Notes: generated by a model not told the origin, from the sequence alone. A stretch of 64,000 bases of DNA from Eledone cirrhosa (GCA_964016885.1 OZ024763.1:5146001-5210000), one strand, 5' to 3'. Shown: positions 1-14,627, numbered from the stretch's first letter. Program-made: numbers and translations.

Positions 1-138
1 AACCTAGTGCAGCTCAACATAGCGTCGCTCAACACAGCACAGCTGAACCTAGCACAGCTCAACATAGCACAGCTCAACATAGCACAGCTGAACCTAGCAC
101 AGCTCATCACAGCAGAACTCCACTTAGCACAGCTCAAC
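1..138. repeat. 15-bp tandem minisatellite (AGCACAGCTCAACAT-like)
   Basis: About 9 degenerate 15-bp units. Explains the AQLNI ORF at 7-192. Confidence 0.9.
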
Positions 139-372
139 TTCTGCTTTTTATTAAGAATCTTCTGGCTTAACAACATCCTGTTTACTATATAACAGCAGAA
201 GAGTTCCATCACTGATCTTTATAAAACTTGGCTGATGATAATCTACCACAAGTGTGCATTTTATATAAACACTTTCTGGCATTTTGAAAATGGCATAATT
301 AAGGTTTTTATTTTATATTTTTATATCAATTTGCCGATCTTATCCAGACAGACATCATCATACAAACTGCAG

Positions 373-421
<49 letters not shown>

Positions 422-1129
422 CACACACACACACACAGACAGACAAATATTTGTTGATGTTGCATATATGATATATGTTAATCAGATTGTCATTTCTGCT
501 TGGTAAAGAGGATCATTCTTTCTATATCTTAATGTTAATTGGAAGATATATATCTATCTACATACATATATATATATATATATATACTTACACACACACA
601 TATATAAAGAAATAAAAAGAAAAAATTTAAAATGAAATGGCAACTGAAGAAATTTAATCTTTACTAACAAGTCTTCTTCTTCTTCTTCCACCATTTATTT
701 CTGACTTATTATATATAATTCTCTCATTTGTTCCATCCATATGTTGCTGCTTCCCTCCAACACATTAGTCAGAGTTGTATAGAAAGTCTGAGAGAGACAG
801 AAGTTATTTATTAAAACACAGAGAACACAAAGACTATTATATATATCAAATTAGTTCTGTGCATATAATATGTTTCACAAGAAAGTTGTTTTTAAAAGGG
901 TAACTAGTTCACATTGTCTGTGAATTGGCATTAGAAACATTTAGGGGGGAGCTGGAACTAGTGAGATATGTAGAGGTATGTGTGGCCTAGTTGTAAGGAA
1001 GGGTGCTGGACTTGTGAACATAATGTCGTGGGTTTTCAGTATAGTCGACTTTCTTTTGCCTTCTCCCAAATTGCTGGCCTTGAGCCTAAATTAGTGTCGT
1101 TTTAATTGCTGGCTTTGTGCCTTCTTCTT

Positions 1130-1378
1130 ATTCACCCACTTATTCCTGAGAGTGTCGTGGGGGGCAGAGTCCTCAAACGCTTCTTCCAGCGACTCCCGTC
1201 AGAAACAACTATCTCCACCTGATCCAGCTGGATCCCTCAAGGCCAAGCCTGACCAGCTAAGCTTATGGATTTGATCCAACCATCTTGCTCAGTCTACCCC
1301 TGGGTCCCTTGCCGTCTGGTTTTGCCCGTAAAATCTATCCAGCGGCATTCTATCTTGAGACATTCTAACCACATGTCT
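1130..1378 (-). mobile_element. Degenerate 3' end of an RTE-clade LINE
   Basis: Homologous by eye to 49675-49920 (cccacttattcctgagag...atccaaccatcttgctc...gagacattctaacca). Confidence 0.7.
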
Positions 1379-1469
1379 TGTGTCTAAATTAATGTCATTT
1401 TAATTGCTGGCCTTGTGCATAAATTAGTTTTCCACCTTTAATTTACTGAGCATATATCTGTAAATTAAA

Positions 1470-1712
1470 GGTGGAAAACTGGGAGAGGGCACTTGCCTTG
1501 GTGGTCAGGGTCATTGTGACTTTTTACTGGGCTTTCTCCACAAATGTCCCTCCGAAGTCTCCCCCCTATTGGGGAATTTTTCATTGTTATTTTTTGTTAC
1601 ATCCTCTGTTTTTGTTTTTTACACGCAGAAATGCCCATTTGTACCGTCCTGCATTGTCCTGCACTGTCCTTAATGTCTACTTTATGTAAACCCTTGTGGT
1701 TAATAAAGAAAT
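1470..1712 (+). mobile_element. Probable L1/Tx1-type LINE 3' UTR remnant
   Basis: Resembles the 3' UTR at 22850-23110 (ccctattg motif, T-rich stretch, ccattgtac, terminal AATAAAGAAA). Confidence 0.4.
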
Positions 1713-2111
1713 CATTATTATAATTTGTCTTTAACACTGCAATGGACTGGTGTCTTATCCAGGGAGGTGTCTTTTACTTTCAGTCAATTCACACCACAGA
1801 AACTGGAATAAGAACAAGCCTGAAACAGACTTTAACTCTGTGATCTTGTACCCTCTGTCACTTAATGCCACAGAAAACTGAGATAAGAACTAGCCTAATG
1901 AGTCTCCGAGCTTGGGACAGACTTTAACCCTGTGGTGGACTGGTATCCTATCCGGGGGGGGGGGGGTAATCTTGTACTCTCAGTGTCTTAACTCTATGAA
2001 AAGAAAGAGATAAGCACCGGCCTAATGAGTCTCCGAGCTTGGGACAGACTGAAGCTTTGTAGAACTACTAAGATACATCTTCATGATGGTGGGGCAACGT
2101 TATATAATTGA

Positions 2112-2667
2112 GGGCGGTGGATTGGCAGTATCGGTGGAGGGTCAGACGCCATGCTTTCCAGCATAGTTATGTCCCTTTATGATCTGAGTTCAAATCCCGC
2201 CGAGGTTGACTTTGCCTTTCATCCTTCCTTACGGGGTTCGATAAAATAAAGTACCAGTAATGCACTGGGTAATTGCTGGCCTTGTGCTTAAAGTAGAAAC
2301 AATTATTATTATCATTATTTGGCCTTGTGCCTAAATAAAAAAACATTCTTTCCCTTCATCCTTACCACCATTATCAGTAGCGGGTCGGACGCCATGCTTT
2401 GACGTATAGAGTTACGGCCCTTGCCATTCTGAGTTCAAATCCCGCCGAGGTTAACTTTGCCTTTCATCCTTACGGGGTCGATAAAATAAAGTACCAGTAA
2501 TCTACTGGGTAATTGCTGGCCTTGTGCCAAAAGTAGAAACAATTATATACAAATCCCGCCGAGGTTAATTTTACCTTTCATCCTTACGGGGGTTGGTCGA
2601 TAAAAATAAAATACCAGTAATGCACTGGGTAATTGCTGGCCTTGTGCCTAAAGTAGAAACAGTTATA
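2112..2667 (+). mobile_element. Cluster of three tRNA-derived SINE family 1 copies (one full, two partial)
   Basis: Box A-like TGGCAGTATCGGT, box B GAGTTCAAATCCC, body gccgaggttgactttgcctttcatcc...gtaccag, tail gtagaaacaattatt. Confidence 0.9.
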
Positions 2668-3192
2668 TCATTGACGATCTTCTCTAGAAAGGACATAGTT
2701 AGTGTTTGGTTGGTAAGTGAGAACTGGCAGCTAATTAGAAGTTGGTAAATAACAGAGTGTAGGATGGAAGGTTATGTTAAAAACATTTGTAGTGTTGTGT
2801 AACAGTAAAAGAGAGATTTGAGGGGTGGGGATGGGAATGATGAGAGGAAAGTGAGAATCAAAGGAGAGATTGGGGTGGGGGTGGGGAGAAGGTGGTGCGA
2901 GGGGAGATTGGGGGAGAGAGAGAGGGGGGGAGGGGGAACATTAGTAGAAAGAAGAGAATAACAGTAAAAGATAATTGTGTGTGGATATCATCTGTTAGTG
3001 TGTGTGTTTTAGTTTGTGTGTGTGTATGTTAGTGTCTATGTGTGTCTGTGTTAGTGTGTGTCTGTATGTCTGCGTTTTTGTGTATGCTTGTGTGCGTATG
3101 TGTTAGTATGTATTTTTCTGTTATTGTGAGTGTGTTTGTGTGTGTGTTAGTGTGTTAGTGTGTATTTATGCTAACATAGTGAGAACTGTTAT

Positions 3193-3286
<94 letters not shown>

Positions 3287-3789
3287 CATATATATTCAAA
3301 CAAAGAAATTAAACCCAGCAAAATAATGACTAAACTATTGGTTCCGCCAATTGCCAGTGGTTACGTCAATGTCCACTTTACATCCCATATCTTATGAGAA
3401 TGATAACATAAGTAGCAGACTTAATACTCGGGGGTCAATAATATTTGATTAAAACCCTTGGAGGTCACGTCTCATGATGACTGAAGTTCCTGGAGGTCAT
3501 GTCTCATGATGACTGAAGTTCAATGACTGAAGTTCAATGACTGAAACCAGTAAAACAAACAACATAAAGTAGACCAGTGAATCAACAGAATAAACCCTTT
3601 AGTTACCAAACATATATTAAGAACAAAAAGAGGTTTCACATTAATCTCAGTTAAGAATGTTTCTCAGATGAGTGACTCGGGATCTATATTTGTGTTATAG
3701 ACCCAACACCAGCCCCAATCTTCTTCGTTAGTCAGTCTAATGAGCAAATTAAGAACCTATATTCACCTTTTGTTTTATTTTCATTGTTC

Positions 3790-4055
<266 letters not shown>

Positions 4056-4229
4056 TGAACAATTGTCTTGCTAGTTAAATCCTGATATATATAGTCTAGG
4101 GATTGTAATGTCCAGTTACTGTAGGTTCACCAGAGTGAGCACTCAATACATAGTTTCCAGTAGGTATATTGGTGTTGTACTAAGCAGAGTGTAATACTAA
4201 TAATAATAAAAAGGACAAAGTGTTAGATT

Positions 4230-4449
4230 TTCATTACATTTATTGATGTGTGACACATGTTTCACAATTGATTAGCTCAAGGTTTGATCTGTATCGATCT
4301 GGCCTGACTCTGGAACCAAAAGATCGCCAGACTTCTGTTATGGTAATACCATTACCATATTGATTCCAGAGTCAGGCCAGATTGATACAGATTGAGTCTT
4401 GAGCTGATCCATTGTGAAATCCTCATTACACATCAATAAATGTAATGAA
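4230..4449. mobile_element. Fold-back element with hammerhead 3' half and AATAAA
   Basis: About 85-bp imperfect inverted arms. Minus strand reads GAAACATGTGTC-acacatc-AATAAA (4252-4263 for the GAAA..GTC part). Confidence 0.6.
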
Positions 4450-5263
4450 GACGTAAGACCTTAAGATCTAAGACACATATGTAATCCATAAACACAGCTG
4501 TGTAAAGTTTAATGAAGAAACTGAATATTACTTATTGCATCTGTAAAACAATGAGTTATGAAATGGTGTATATAATCTGTAACCTTTTCATGTGTACAAC
4601 ACAGACGTGAGAAAAATGACCAAGTTTAAGTGGCTTTTTCAAAAGTGATCCATCTTGTAGAGGCATTTTTATGACTGTTCAGCCATAAATATATATGGGT
4701 TAACATAGTCATAAAAAATATTGCAGGTTTGGGAAACTAAAAAAAAAAAAATGAGTTGAGGTAAACTAAGAAAGATTTATATGATTTGATATGGCAGATG
4801 AAATGACAAGAGAATATAGAAATATAGTGTTTTTACGGGTCTGTCTTAAACATATTAGCCTGGGACTGTGTGTGTGGTGGTAGTAGGGTGCAGACAATGA
4901 CTGATAGATAGATACATACTTCTTCTCTGGTCTACAACTAATGCCTGTGGTGATGGAGACTTCCGGTGTTCTTGGCCCTTATCCCTGGACCATCTCCCCT
5001 TCTCACTGCTATCGGAGTGGGGCTGGGTACCTGCTACTGCAAGCCCCATGAACTGGACTAACTTCATGTCAACACAATATCAGTGGAGACTTCCAGCATT
5101 CTTATCCCAAGGTCTACACCCCCTACTCACTGCTATCGAAGTGGGGTTGGCTATCCACAAGTGCAAACTCTGTGAGGTGGAATGTCAGTATCTCCCTCGT
5201 TATCCTCTTGAACAATGTCTTCTCCATTTTGTCTACCACTGGAACCATGAGGGTGACTGACCT

Positions 5264-5460
5264 TTAACCCTTTTACCATTTAAACCGGTCGTAACTGGCC
5301 AGAATTCTCTCACCTCTTTCCATTCAAACCGGCTGTGACCAGCCACTCCTACTGATGATAAGGTATTGTTACCAAAATAAATAAAATCAAAATTTTATAG
5401 ATTCAATATTATGTGTGAATTATGTGAGGTAAAGCCTTTACCTTGAAATTACAATAATAT
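5264..5460 (+). mobile_element. piggyBac-type MITE fragment (same family as 44681-45516)
   Basis: Starts TTAACCCTTT and contains ggccagaattctctcacctctttc. Confidence 0.7.
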
Positions 5461-5504
5461 ATAGACATGTTTATAACAAAGCAGTCTTCTCTCCTGCACA
5501 TTAT

Positions 5505-5745
5505 ATCTGATTCTTCTGATACCCAGGTCTACCTCTACTATAGCTTTCCTCCACTGGCATTTCCTGGCACCTCTTCATCCAGCTATCATTATCCATGCAT
5601 GTCACATGTCTGTACCAAATGCAGTCTTCTTTCCTGCCCACCACTTTGGATCCTTCTTAAACCCAGTTTCTTCCTCAGTTCATCCAAGCTCTGCCTTTCT
5701 CTCACACATATGTTGCACATCCAATGAAGCATGTCTGTTAAATTT
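5505..5745 (-). pseudogene. Decayed RTE LINE ORF C-terminal fragment
   Basis: Minus translation MLHWMCNICVRERQSLDELRKKLGLRRI...ERRL..WYRHV...RGRP aligns by eye with the 59337-60272 ORF. Frameshifted. Confidence 0.85.
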
Positions 5746-5984
5746 TCTCGTCAACATGCTTTGCTTTGTTACATTATTTACTAAGCTCCTTCAGGTTACA
5801 AAATATCTTGTAAGTTGATTAGGTAAAGGTTTCCTTGTGGTGAATTTTTTTAAAATTATGGTTTATCTAAAGAAAGACATTTTTTTATCGAGAGAGTTAG
5901 CAGCCACCCTAAACAAACATATTTCCAACCAAAACATATTTCTCTTCTTCTTCTTCTTCTTCTTCTTCTTCTTCTGAAGCATGT

Positions 5985-6330
5985 TTCATCATCATCCTCA
6001 TCACCGTTTGACGTCCATCTTCCACGCTAGCATGGGTTAGACAGTTTTGTTCCATTTGATGTGGGAATGGTCGGGAAACCGTGTCTCGCTCATATGGAAG
6101 TGTTTGTGGCAGGTTTTTTTACAGCTCGATGTCCTTCCTAACACCAACGACATTTACCGTGTGTACTGGAAGCCTTTTTTCTGTGTCTCCTACACGACCA
6201 CCTGACAGTGTGGACTGTTGTGTCATCTACACAATGGATGGAACGGGAAAGGGAGGATGGGGTGGGGTGTATATTGGGTTAAGAGGTGCCTACTAAATGT
6301 AGGTTTGTATGCAGTGGCAGTTGGGTCTTC
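5985..6330 (-). mobile_element. RTE-derived 3' tail fragment
   Basis: catcatcac-cgtttgacgtcc...gatgtccttcctaacaccaac, shared with the 3' UTR of 58977-59340. Confidence 0.75.
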
Positions 6331-7508
6331 TGTACAACTGCATGGCGCCAATTATTTTTCTTACATAATTTGTTTCTTACATAATATTAAAAATAGGGCA
6401 ATGCACCGATATTCTTAATATATGCTCAGTTGTTTCAACAAGACCTTGATGTAAGAATACAACAGATTCTCAAATTACAGACCATTGAAAAAGTTTGATT
6501 ACAAAGGAGTTTTTACAATGCGTCTATAAAAATATACATCATTTAAGAACCACAAAACCTCTGACATATCTACATCCGAAGATTGTATTAACAGATGCTG
6601 TAATTAAAAATGTTACATCTATTTGAAGTTTCAAGGACTAGGAAATTTTTTCATTGCATTGACGTGTATAAAATATAGTTTAAAAAAAGAATCACTTCTC
6701 AAATGTTTGTCCGTCCGCCAACACAAGACCCCCACATACACACATATACACACATATACACATATACACACACACCCATACATGTATACACACACACACA
6801 CACATATATATATACACATGCATAACATACAAGATCAGATACATACATACATCCCACATACAGACACACAGATGTACACATATACAAAAAAATCACTTAA
6901 ATAAAACATACACACATACAAGATCTTACACACACACACACACACAAGCTCCCCCCCCCCCCAACACACATATACATTCAGTAGACATACACCTACACAC
7001 ATACACACACAGCAGACATCCACCTCACACACAGCAGACACACACACACCAGACATACACACACACCAGACATACACACACACCAGACATCCACCTACAC
7101 ACACAGCAGACATCCACCTACACACACAGCAGACACACACACACAGCAGACACACACACACAGCAGACATACATCTACACACACAGCAGACACACACACA
7201 CCAGACATACACACACAGCAGACATCCCCCTACACACACACACCTATATTTCACCATCATTATCATAAGCTTTATTCTACCCCCAAGTGACATTAACTTC
7301 ATGCATCTGTTTAATCACAGTTGGAACCAGCCTAAGTAGACAGTTTTTACAGCTGGAATAGCAGAATAGCAGAATAGCAGAATAGTGTAATGTGTGAATG
7401 GAATTAGTGATGAGCTCTCACTAAATGTGTTTCACTGTAAAGATTTCATCTTAACACAGAAGCTGTGAAACCATCAATTTAAACTCTCCTCCAACCAATG
7501 TTATACAC

Positions 7509-8270
7509 CAGAGGTTCTCAAAGTGGGTGCAACCATCCCCCAGGGGGCATTGAGAAGGTCCAAGGGGGCGGGGTTGGAGCCTATGGGGGCGCTGGGAGGT
7601 AGTAGAGATGATATAATAGTATGTTAAATAGCAAATGATACATATTATATATATAAATATAGTAAAATAAAAATATATGATATTTATTTATACATAGTGC
7701 ATGGCATCAGCCAGATGGTTGGAACAGGTTAAAGAGTATATATTATATTATTTATTATATCTTACCTAAGTACAAAGCGAAACCTACTACAGTCAGTAGG
7801 CATCTCTAACAAAATACACCCCCGTCCCACTACCCCCACCCCATTCAAACCACCCTCTTAAATGTGAAGTTATGTCGGTACCACAACATCCAGCCTGAAA
7901 CAAATGAGGTCGTGTAGGTGTCACGACAAAAAACACACAGTCCACGCTGTAATGTGGCCGTGTAGGTAACACGGTAAAAACCTCCCAGACCCACACTGTA
8001 AACATGGTTGGTGTTGGGAATGGCATCCAGCCGTAGAAAACCTGCCAGACAGTCCTATGCGAGCAAGACAACCACTCTTGCCTCAAGTGGGAAAACTCCC
8101 GTCCAAACCCATGCGAGCGTGGAATATGGACGTTAAACGATGATGATGATGATGATGAAATTGATTTATTTATTATATATTATTTACAATTTGCGAAATA
8201 TGGTGGTGGTGGGGTGGGTGAATTACGTAACTGTGAGGGGGCGTTGACCCCAAAAGTTTGAGAACCTCTG
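7509..8270. mobile_element. hAT-type MITE with a nested RTE 3' tail
   Basis: TIR CAGAGGTTCTCAAA / TTTGAGAACCTCTG. 8-bp TSD ttatacac (7501-7508) / ctatacac (8271-8278). Confidence 0.85.
7761..8157 (+). mobile_element. RTE LINE 3' UTR copy ending in (TGA)n
   Basis: Near-identical to the reverse complement of 26804-27305 and to 15710-16100. Confidence 0.9.
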
Positions 8271-8631
8271 CTATACACCCATCTAGAGTTGATATATAAA
8301 TGACTATACCACACAAGTTGGGGTGGAGAGGTGTGTGAGGGGCTGTGTGATAGGAACTTCAATTGAGATTTTATCTTTCTGTTAAGTTGAACTGTGTTTT
8401 TCTAAAGTGGGTCCCAGGATGGGGGGGGGGGACATGCAGGTTTTAAACCTCTAGCATTTACATTACTCTATATTTACAATTATATCTTCACGGTGATGTG
8501 TTATGTCCTTGAGCAAGATGTTTTATTTTTATGTTGTTCCAATTTACTCAGCTGTAGGAATGTATTATGACATCACTGGTACCAAGCTGTTCCAGCCATT
8601 GCCTTTCTCTTGGACATCCAGTGTGTATATA

Positions 8632-9688
8632 TCATATGTATATATACACTATACATATAGTGTATATACAGTATACATATAGTGTATATACAGTGTACAT
8701 ATAGTATACATATAGTGTATATACACTATACATATAGTGTATATACATAGTGTATATACAGTATACATATAGTGTATATACAGTATACATATAGTATATA
8801 TACAGTATATATATGGTGTATATACAGTATACATATAGTGTATATACACTGTGTATATATAGTGTATATTCAGTATACATATAGTGTATATACAGTATAC
8901 ATATAGTGTATATACAGTATACATATAGTGTATATACAGTGTACATATAGTGTATATACAGTATACATATAGTGTATATACAGTATACATATAGTGTATA
9001 TACAGTATACATATAGTGTATATACACTGTATATATATAGTGTATATTCAGTATATATATAGTGTATATTCAGTATACATATAGTGTATATACAGTGTAC
9101 ATATAGTGTATATACAGTGTACATATAGTGTATATACAGTATACATATAGTGTATATACAGTGTACATATAGTGTATATACAGTGTACATATAGTGTATA
9201 TACAGTATACATATAGTGTATATACACTGTATATATATAGTGTATATACAGTATACATATAGTGTATATACAGTGTACATATAGTGTATATACAGTAAAC
9301 ATATAGTGTATATACAGTGTACATATAGTGTATATACACTGTATATACAGTATACATATAGTGTATATACAGTGTACATATAGTGTACATATAGTGTATA
9401 TACAGTGTATATACAGTGTACATATAGTGTATATACACTGTATATACAGTATACATATAGTGTATATACAGTGTACATATAGTGTATATACAGTGTATAT
9501 ACAGTGTACATATAGTGTATATACACTGTATATTCAGTATACATATAGTGTATATACAGTGTACATATAGTGTATATACAGTGTACATATAGTGTATATA
9601 CAGTGTATATACAGTGTACATATAGTGTATATACAGTGTACATATAGTGTATATACACTGTATATACAGTAAACAAATAGTGTATATA
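8632..9688. repeat. 22-bp minisatellite (TATATACAGTATACATATAGTG)
   Basis: Dozens of tandem units. The ORF track shows 22-aa periodicity. Confidence 0.95.
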
Positions 9689-9812
9689 ATTGTCAGTCCC
9701 AGTCAGGTCCAGAGCTGTGTCTCACTTTATGTCTGGCCGACGCTCCACCGAGTGCATAGGAGAGGTTGTCATGTCTTTAACACAACTGAGGGTCAGTCCT
9801 TATCATTAGCAA

Positions 9813-10818
9813 TAATAATTGTTTCTACTTTTGGCACAAGGCCAGCAATTACTCAGTGTATTACTGGTACTATATTTTATCAACCCCGTAAGGATGAAAG
9901 GCAAAGTTAACCTCAGCGGGATTTTAACTCAGATCATAAAGGGATGTAACTCTTTGCTGCAAAGCATGGCGTCCGACCCTCTACCGATACTGCCAATCTA
10001 CCGCCCTAACATGGCGTCCAACTCTCTAACGATACTGCCAATCTACCGCCCTAACATGGCGTCCAACTCTCTGCCGATACTGCCAATCTACCGCCCTAAC
10101 ATGGCGTCCAACTCTCTGCCGATACTGCCAATCTACCGCCCTAACATGGCGTCCAACTCTCTGCCGATACTGCCAATCTACCGCCCTAGCATGGTGTCCG
10201 TCCCTCTACCGATACTGCCAATCTACCGCCCTAGCATGGCGTCCAACTCTCTACCGATACTGCCAATCTACCGCCCTAACATGGCGTCCGACTCTCTACC
10301 GATACTGCCAATCTACCGCCCTAGCATGGTGTCCGACCCTCTACTGATACTGCCAATCTACCGCCCTAGCATGGTGTCCGACCCTCTACCGATACTGCCA
10401 ATCTACCACCCTAACATGGCGTCCGACTCTCTACCGATACTGCCAATCTACCGCCCTAGCATGGTGTCCGACTCTCTACTGATACTGCCAAGCCACCGCC
10501 CTAGCATGGTGTCCGACTCTCTACCGATACTGCCAATCTACCGCCCTAGCATGGTGTCCGACCCTCTACCGATACTGCCAATCTACCGCCCTAACATGGC
10601 ATCCGACCCTCTACCGATACTGCCAATCCACCGCCCTAACATAGTGTCCGACTCTCTACTGATACTGCCAAGCCACCGCCCTAACATGGCGTCCGACTCT
10701 CTACCGATACTGCCAATATACCGCCCTAACATGGTGTCCGACTCTCTACCGATACTGCCAATCTACCGCCCTAACATGGTGTCCGACTCTCTACCGATAC
10801 TGCCAATCTACTGCCTTT
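9813..10818 (-). repeat. SINE family 1 copy whose 5' head is amplified into a 45-bp tandem array (about 19 units)
   Basis: SINE body at 9813-10010 (minus). The unit catggcgtccgactctctaccgatactgccaatctaccgccctaa is the reverse complement of the SINE head. Confidence 0.9.
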
Positions 10819-11489
10819 AATATAAAGAAATAATAATCATGTATAACAATTAAACCTTTTTTTTTACCCAATTTTTTTTAGCAAAGGGCCTCAAATTTCA
10901 GATAGTTTAGGGTAGGGCCTCAACAAATGAAAGTCCCTTCTCTGTTATAATGTAATATATACACCTCATCCTACTTAGTACATTCCTTCCCAGCTCTTCC
11001 AGTCATACAATACGGTGGTCCCTTTCCTTCTATTATTTATACAGATACATTATATCTTTCTCTCCCTAAACATCTTATAACCAACCCTAACATAACAGCT
11101 TCATACCCAGAAAGAATCCTTTTATATGTGTGTGTATGTATGTGTGTGTATGTATATGTATATGTGTGTGTATGTATGTGTGTGTGTATGTATGTGTATG
11201 TATGTATATGTGTGTGTATGTATGTGTGTGTAAACCAGCATTCAAATTGGAGAGCCTTGCTGTGAAACACAATCATCTCTGACAATGAATACAGAGAGAT
11301 AATCCCTTATGGTTGATTCCCAACCTGCTAGAAATAGCAGAGAGGTTCGTTAGCATACCCAGGATGTATTTCTTCTTCTTTGATGTTATAAAATTAGAAT
11401 CGATAAACCTTTCTGGGTATACCCTTGTTCTATTGATGTCAATGGTGAATTCTTCACTTGCAAAGATCAGTGTGAAGAATTGCTGTCCT

Positions 11490-11730
11490 GTTCCGCATAT
11501 TGGTAAACCCTGAGGTGGCTGTAGAGGTCAATCTTGGACCCACAGGCTCTGTTACAGTGTGTACTTGGTCAGTTGGTGATTGGTGGACAGATTTCTTCTT
11601 TGATGTTTTGTCTTCAGCTGCCCTCTTCCTGCCCTCATCAAAGCTGTCTGAAGCTGTATTTATGGTCATTCTCCATTTCTCTCTGTCCTCTGCCAGGTGT
11701 TCCCATGCCCTGTGATCAATATTACCTTGC
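11490..11730 (-). pseudogene. RTE (BovB-like) LINE C-terminus with zinc-finger remnant
   Basis: Minus translation GNIDHRAWEHLAEDREKWRMTINTASDSFDEGRKRAAEDK, then after a frameshift CNRACGSKIDLYSHLRV. Typical RTE C-terminal pattern. Confidence 0.8.
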
Positions 11731-12120
11731 TGTACTTACTTTTCAGTTGTCAGTTCTCGTTATTGTGTGATGCTAAAGAAACCAACCAACAAACATCTCT
11801 CTTTTATAATATGTATATATTATATCTTTCGTTTATCATCATCGCTTAATGTCCACCTTCCACGCTAACGTGGGTTGGATGGGTTGTCCCATTTGAGGCA
11901 AGTTGGCTCAGGTGACCGTATCCTGCTCATACAGAACTGTTTCTGGCTAGATTTCTACAGCTGGTTACCCTTCCTAATGCCAACCACTTTACAGTGTGTG
12001 GTGGGTGCTTTTTGACATGACACATGACCAGTTTACAGTGTGGACTAGGTGCTTATATTATGTATATATTATATCTCTCTCCTCCGAAACAACATATTCT
12101 AGCCAGCCCTAACATAACGT

Positions 12121-12497
12121 GGAGGCAAATGGCCTAATGGTAAGGGTGTTGGACTTAAGATCATAATGTCGTGGGTTCTATTCCTGGGTTGTGTGTTGTG
12201 TTCTTGAGCAAAACACTTCACTCAACATTGCTCCAGTATACTCAGCTGAAAATGAGTACCAGTAATAGCTGGGGGTTTAACCCTGCAATGGACTAACGTC
12301 CTGTCCGGGGGAAAGTCTTGTACTCTCAGTCACTTCGCACCATGAAACCGGGATAAGTACCAGTAATAGCTGGGGGTTTAACCCTGCAATGGACTAACGT
12401 CCTGTCCAGGGGAAAGTCTTGTACTCTGAGTCACTTCATGCCATGAAACCGGGATAAGCACCAGCCAAATGAGCCTTCTGGCTTAAGACAGACTTTA
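12121..12497 (+). mobile_element. tRNA-derived CORE-like SINE family 2 with an internal duplication
   Basis: Box A/B-like head, ttcttgagcaaaacactt...ttgctccagt..actcagctg core, duplicated about 100-bp tail segment. Confidence 0.85.
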
Positions 12498-12872
12498 AAA
12501 CATAGCATAGCACATTCCTTCTCATCTCTTCCAGTCAAACAATATGGTGGTCCCTAGCCCTTACTCTTGTATTTCCTATCTATACACATATATCTTTCTC
12601 CCCCTAAACATCTGATAACCAATCCTAACAGTTTCAAACAGAGAAAGAATCCTTTCATTGCCTGAAATATGAGGAGTTCTTTAGTCTTTTATGTTATATA
12701 CATTCCTCCATTCTACACCCATGACAGTATATTATAGGGTCCAGCTTTGGAAAGAACTAAATTAGGGTCCTGCTTAAATAACAAGGAAACCTCTCTCTCT
12801 TTCTCTCTGGCTCTTTTTTTTTTTTTCTTTTCTTTTCTATGAATCATCACAGCAGTCCTTTGATTTTTCCCA

Positions 12873-12889
12873 GATATATATACACATGC

Positions 12890-12951
<62 letters not shown>

Positions 12952-13014
12952 GTACACGTATATATATATATACATACATACACACATATGTACATATATA
13001 TACACACACACATA

Positions 13015-13070
<56 letters not shown>

Positions 13071-13156
13071 TACATACATATACATACATATATTTATATA
13101 TATATATATACATACATATGCACACATATATTTATATATATACATACATACATATG

Positions 13157-13214
<58 letters not shown>

Positions 13215-13224
13215 CATACATATG

Positions 13225-13257
<33 letters not shown>

Positions 13258-13357
13258 CCACACACACACATATATATACATACATATATTTATGTATATA
13301 TATATATACATACATATGCACACATATATTTATATATATATATACATACATACATAT

Positions 13358-13388
<31 letters not shown>

Positions 13389-13483
13389 GATGAGATTCTA
13401 CAGGACTAGATAAAACTTTTATACTCTGCTATGTATTGAGTACCTTACTTACTGTGGTTACCTCCGATTCAACCCAGAATAAC

Positions 13484-13532
<49 letters not shown>

Positions 13533-13542
13533 CATACATATG

Positions 13543-13597
<55 letters not shown>

Positions 13598-13694
13598 ACA
13601 CACACACATATATATATACATACATATATTTATATATATATAAATACATACATATGCACACACACACATATATATATATATACATATATATATC

Positions 13695-13742
<48 letters not shown>

Positions 13743-13748
13743 CATATG

Positions 13749-13782
<34 letters not shown>

Positions 13783-13834
13783 CATATATATATCCACACG
13801 CACATATATATATATATATATACATATATATATC

Positions 13835-13870
<36 letters not shown>

Positions 13871-14285
13871 CATACATACATATGCACACACACACACATA
13901 TATATATATATATACACATACTATACAAGAGAATTATATATACACATATATATATCCACACACACACACATCATCATCATCATCATCATCAACGTTTAAC
14001 GTCCGTGTTCCACGCTTGCATGGGTTTGGACGGGGGTTTTCCCACTTGAGGCAAGAGTGATTGTCTTGCTCGCATAGGACTGTCTATACATACATACATA
14101 TACATATGCACACACACACATATATATATACATATATATATGTATATATATATATATATATATATACATATGTGTGTGTATTAGGGCTGGCTAGAATACA
14201 TATACACAGAGAGAGAGAGAGAGAATAGTTTCATGTTTCTATGCACCCACACATATATATACGTCAGATATCTTTACATGCATAT

Positions 14286-14327
<42 letters not shown>

Positions 14328-14587
14328 ATATATATATATATATATATATGTATATACACGTGTGTGTGTGTGTGTGTGTGCAGGGTTTGTGACTACTTAG
14401 ATCTGACTACCAAGTCTCAACTCATGTATTTGGTATGTGTTTAGTATAAATAGCACTTGATATGTGTTTATATACACTGTATATATGTTTATATTGTATA
14501 TTTATATACATCTGTCAGTGGCATATGTGGTAGGAGTATCTAGGTAGCTTAGTCTGGCTGAGAACTATTATATACACACACACAAAC

Positions 14588-14627
<40 letters not shown>

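Noticed and set aside
9819-10820. 333-aa ORF with 15-aa repeats as a real protein
   Set aside because: Antisense reading of a SINE plus its tandemly amplified head, with a non-ATG start.
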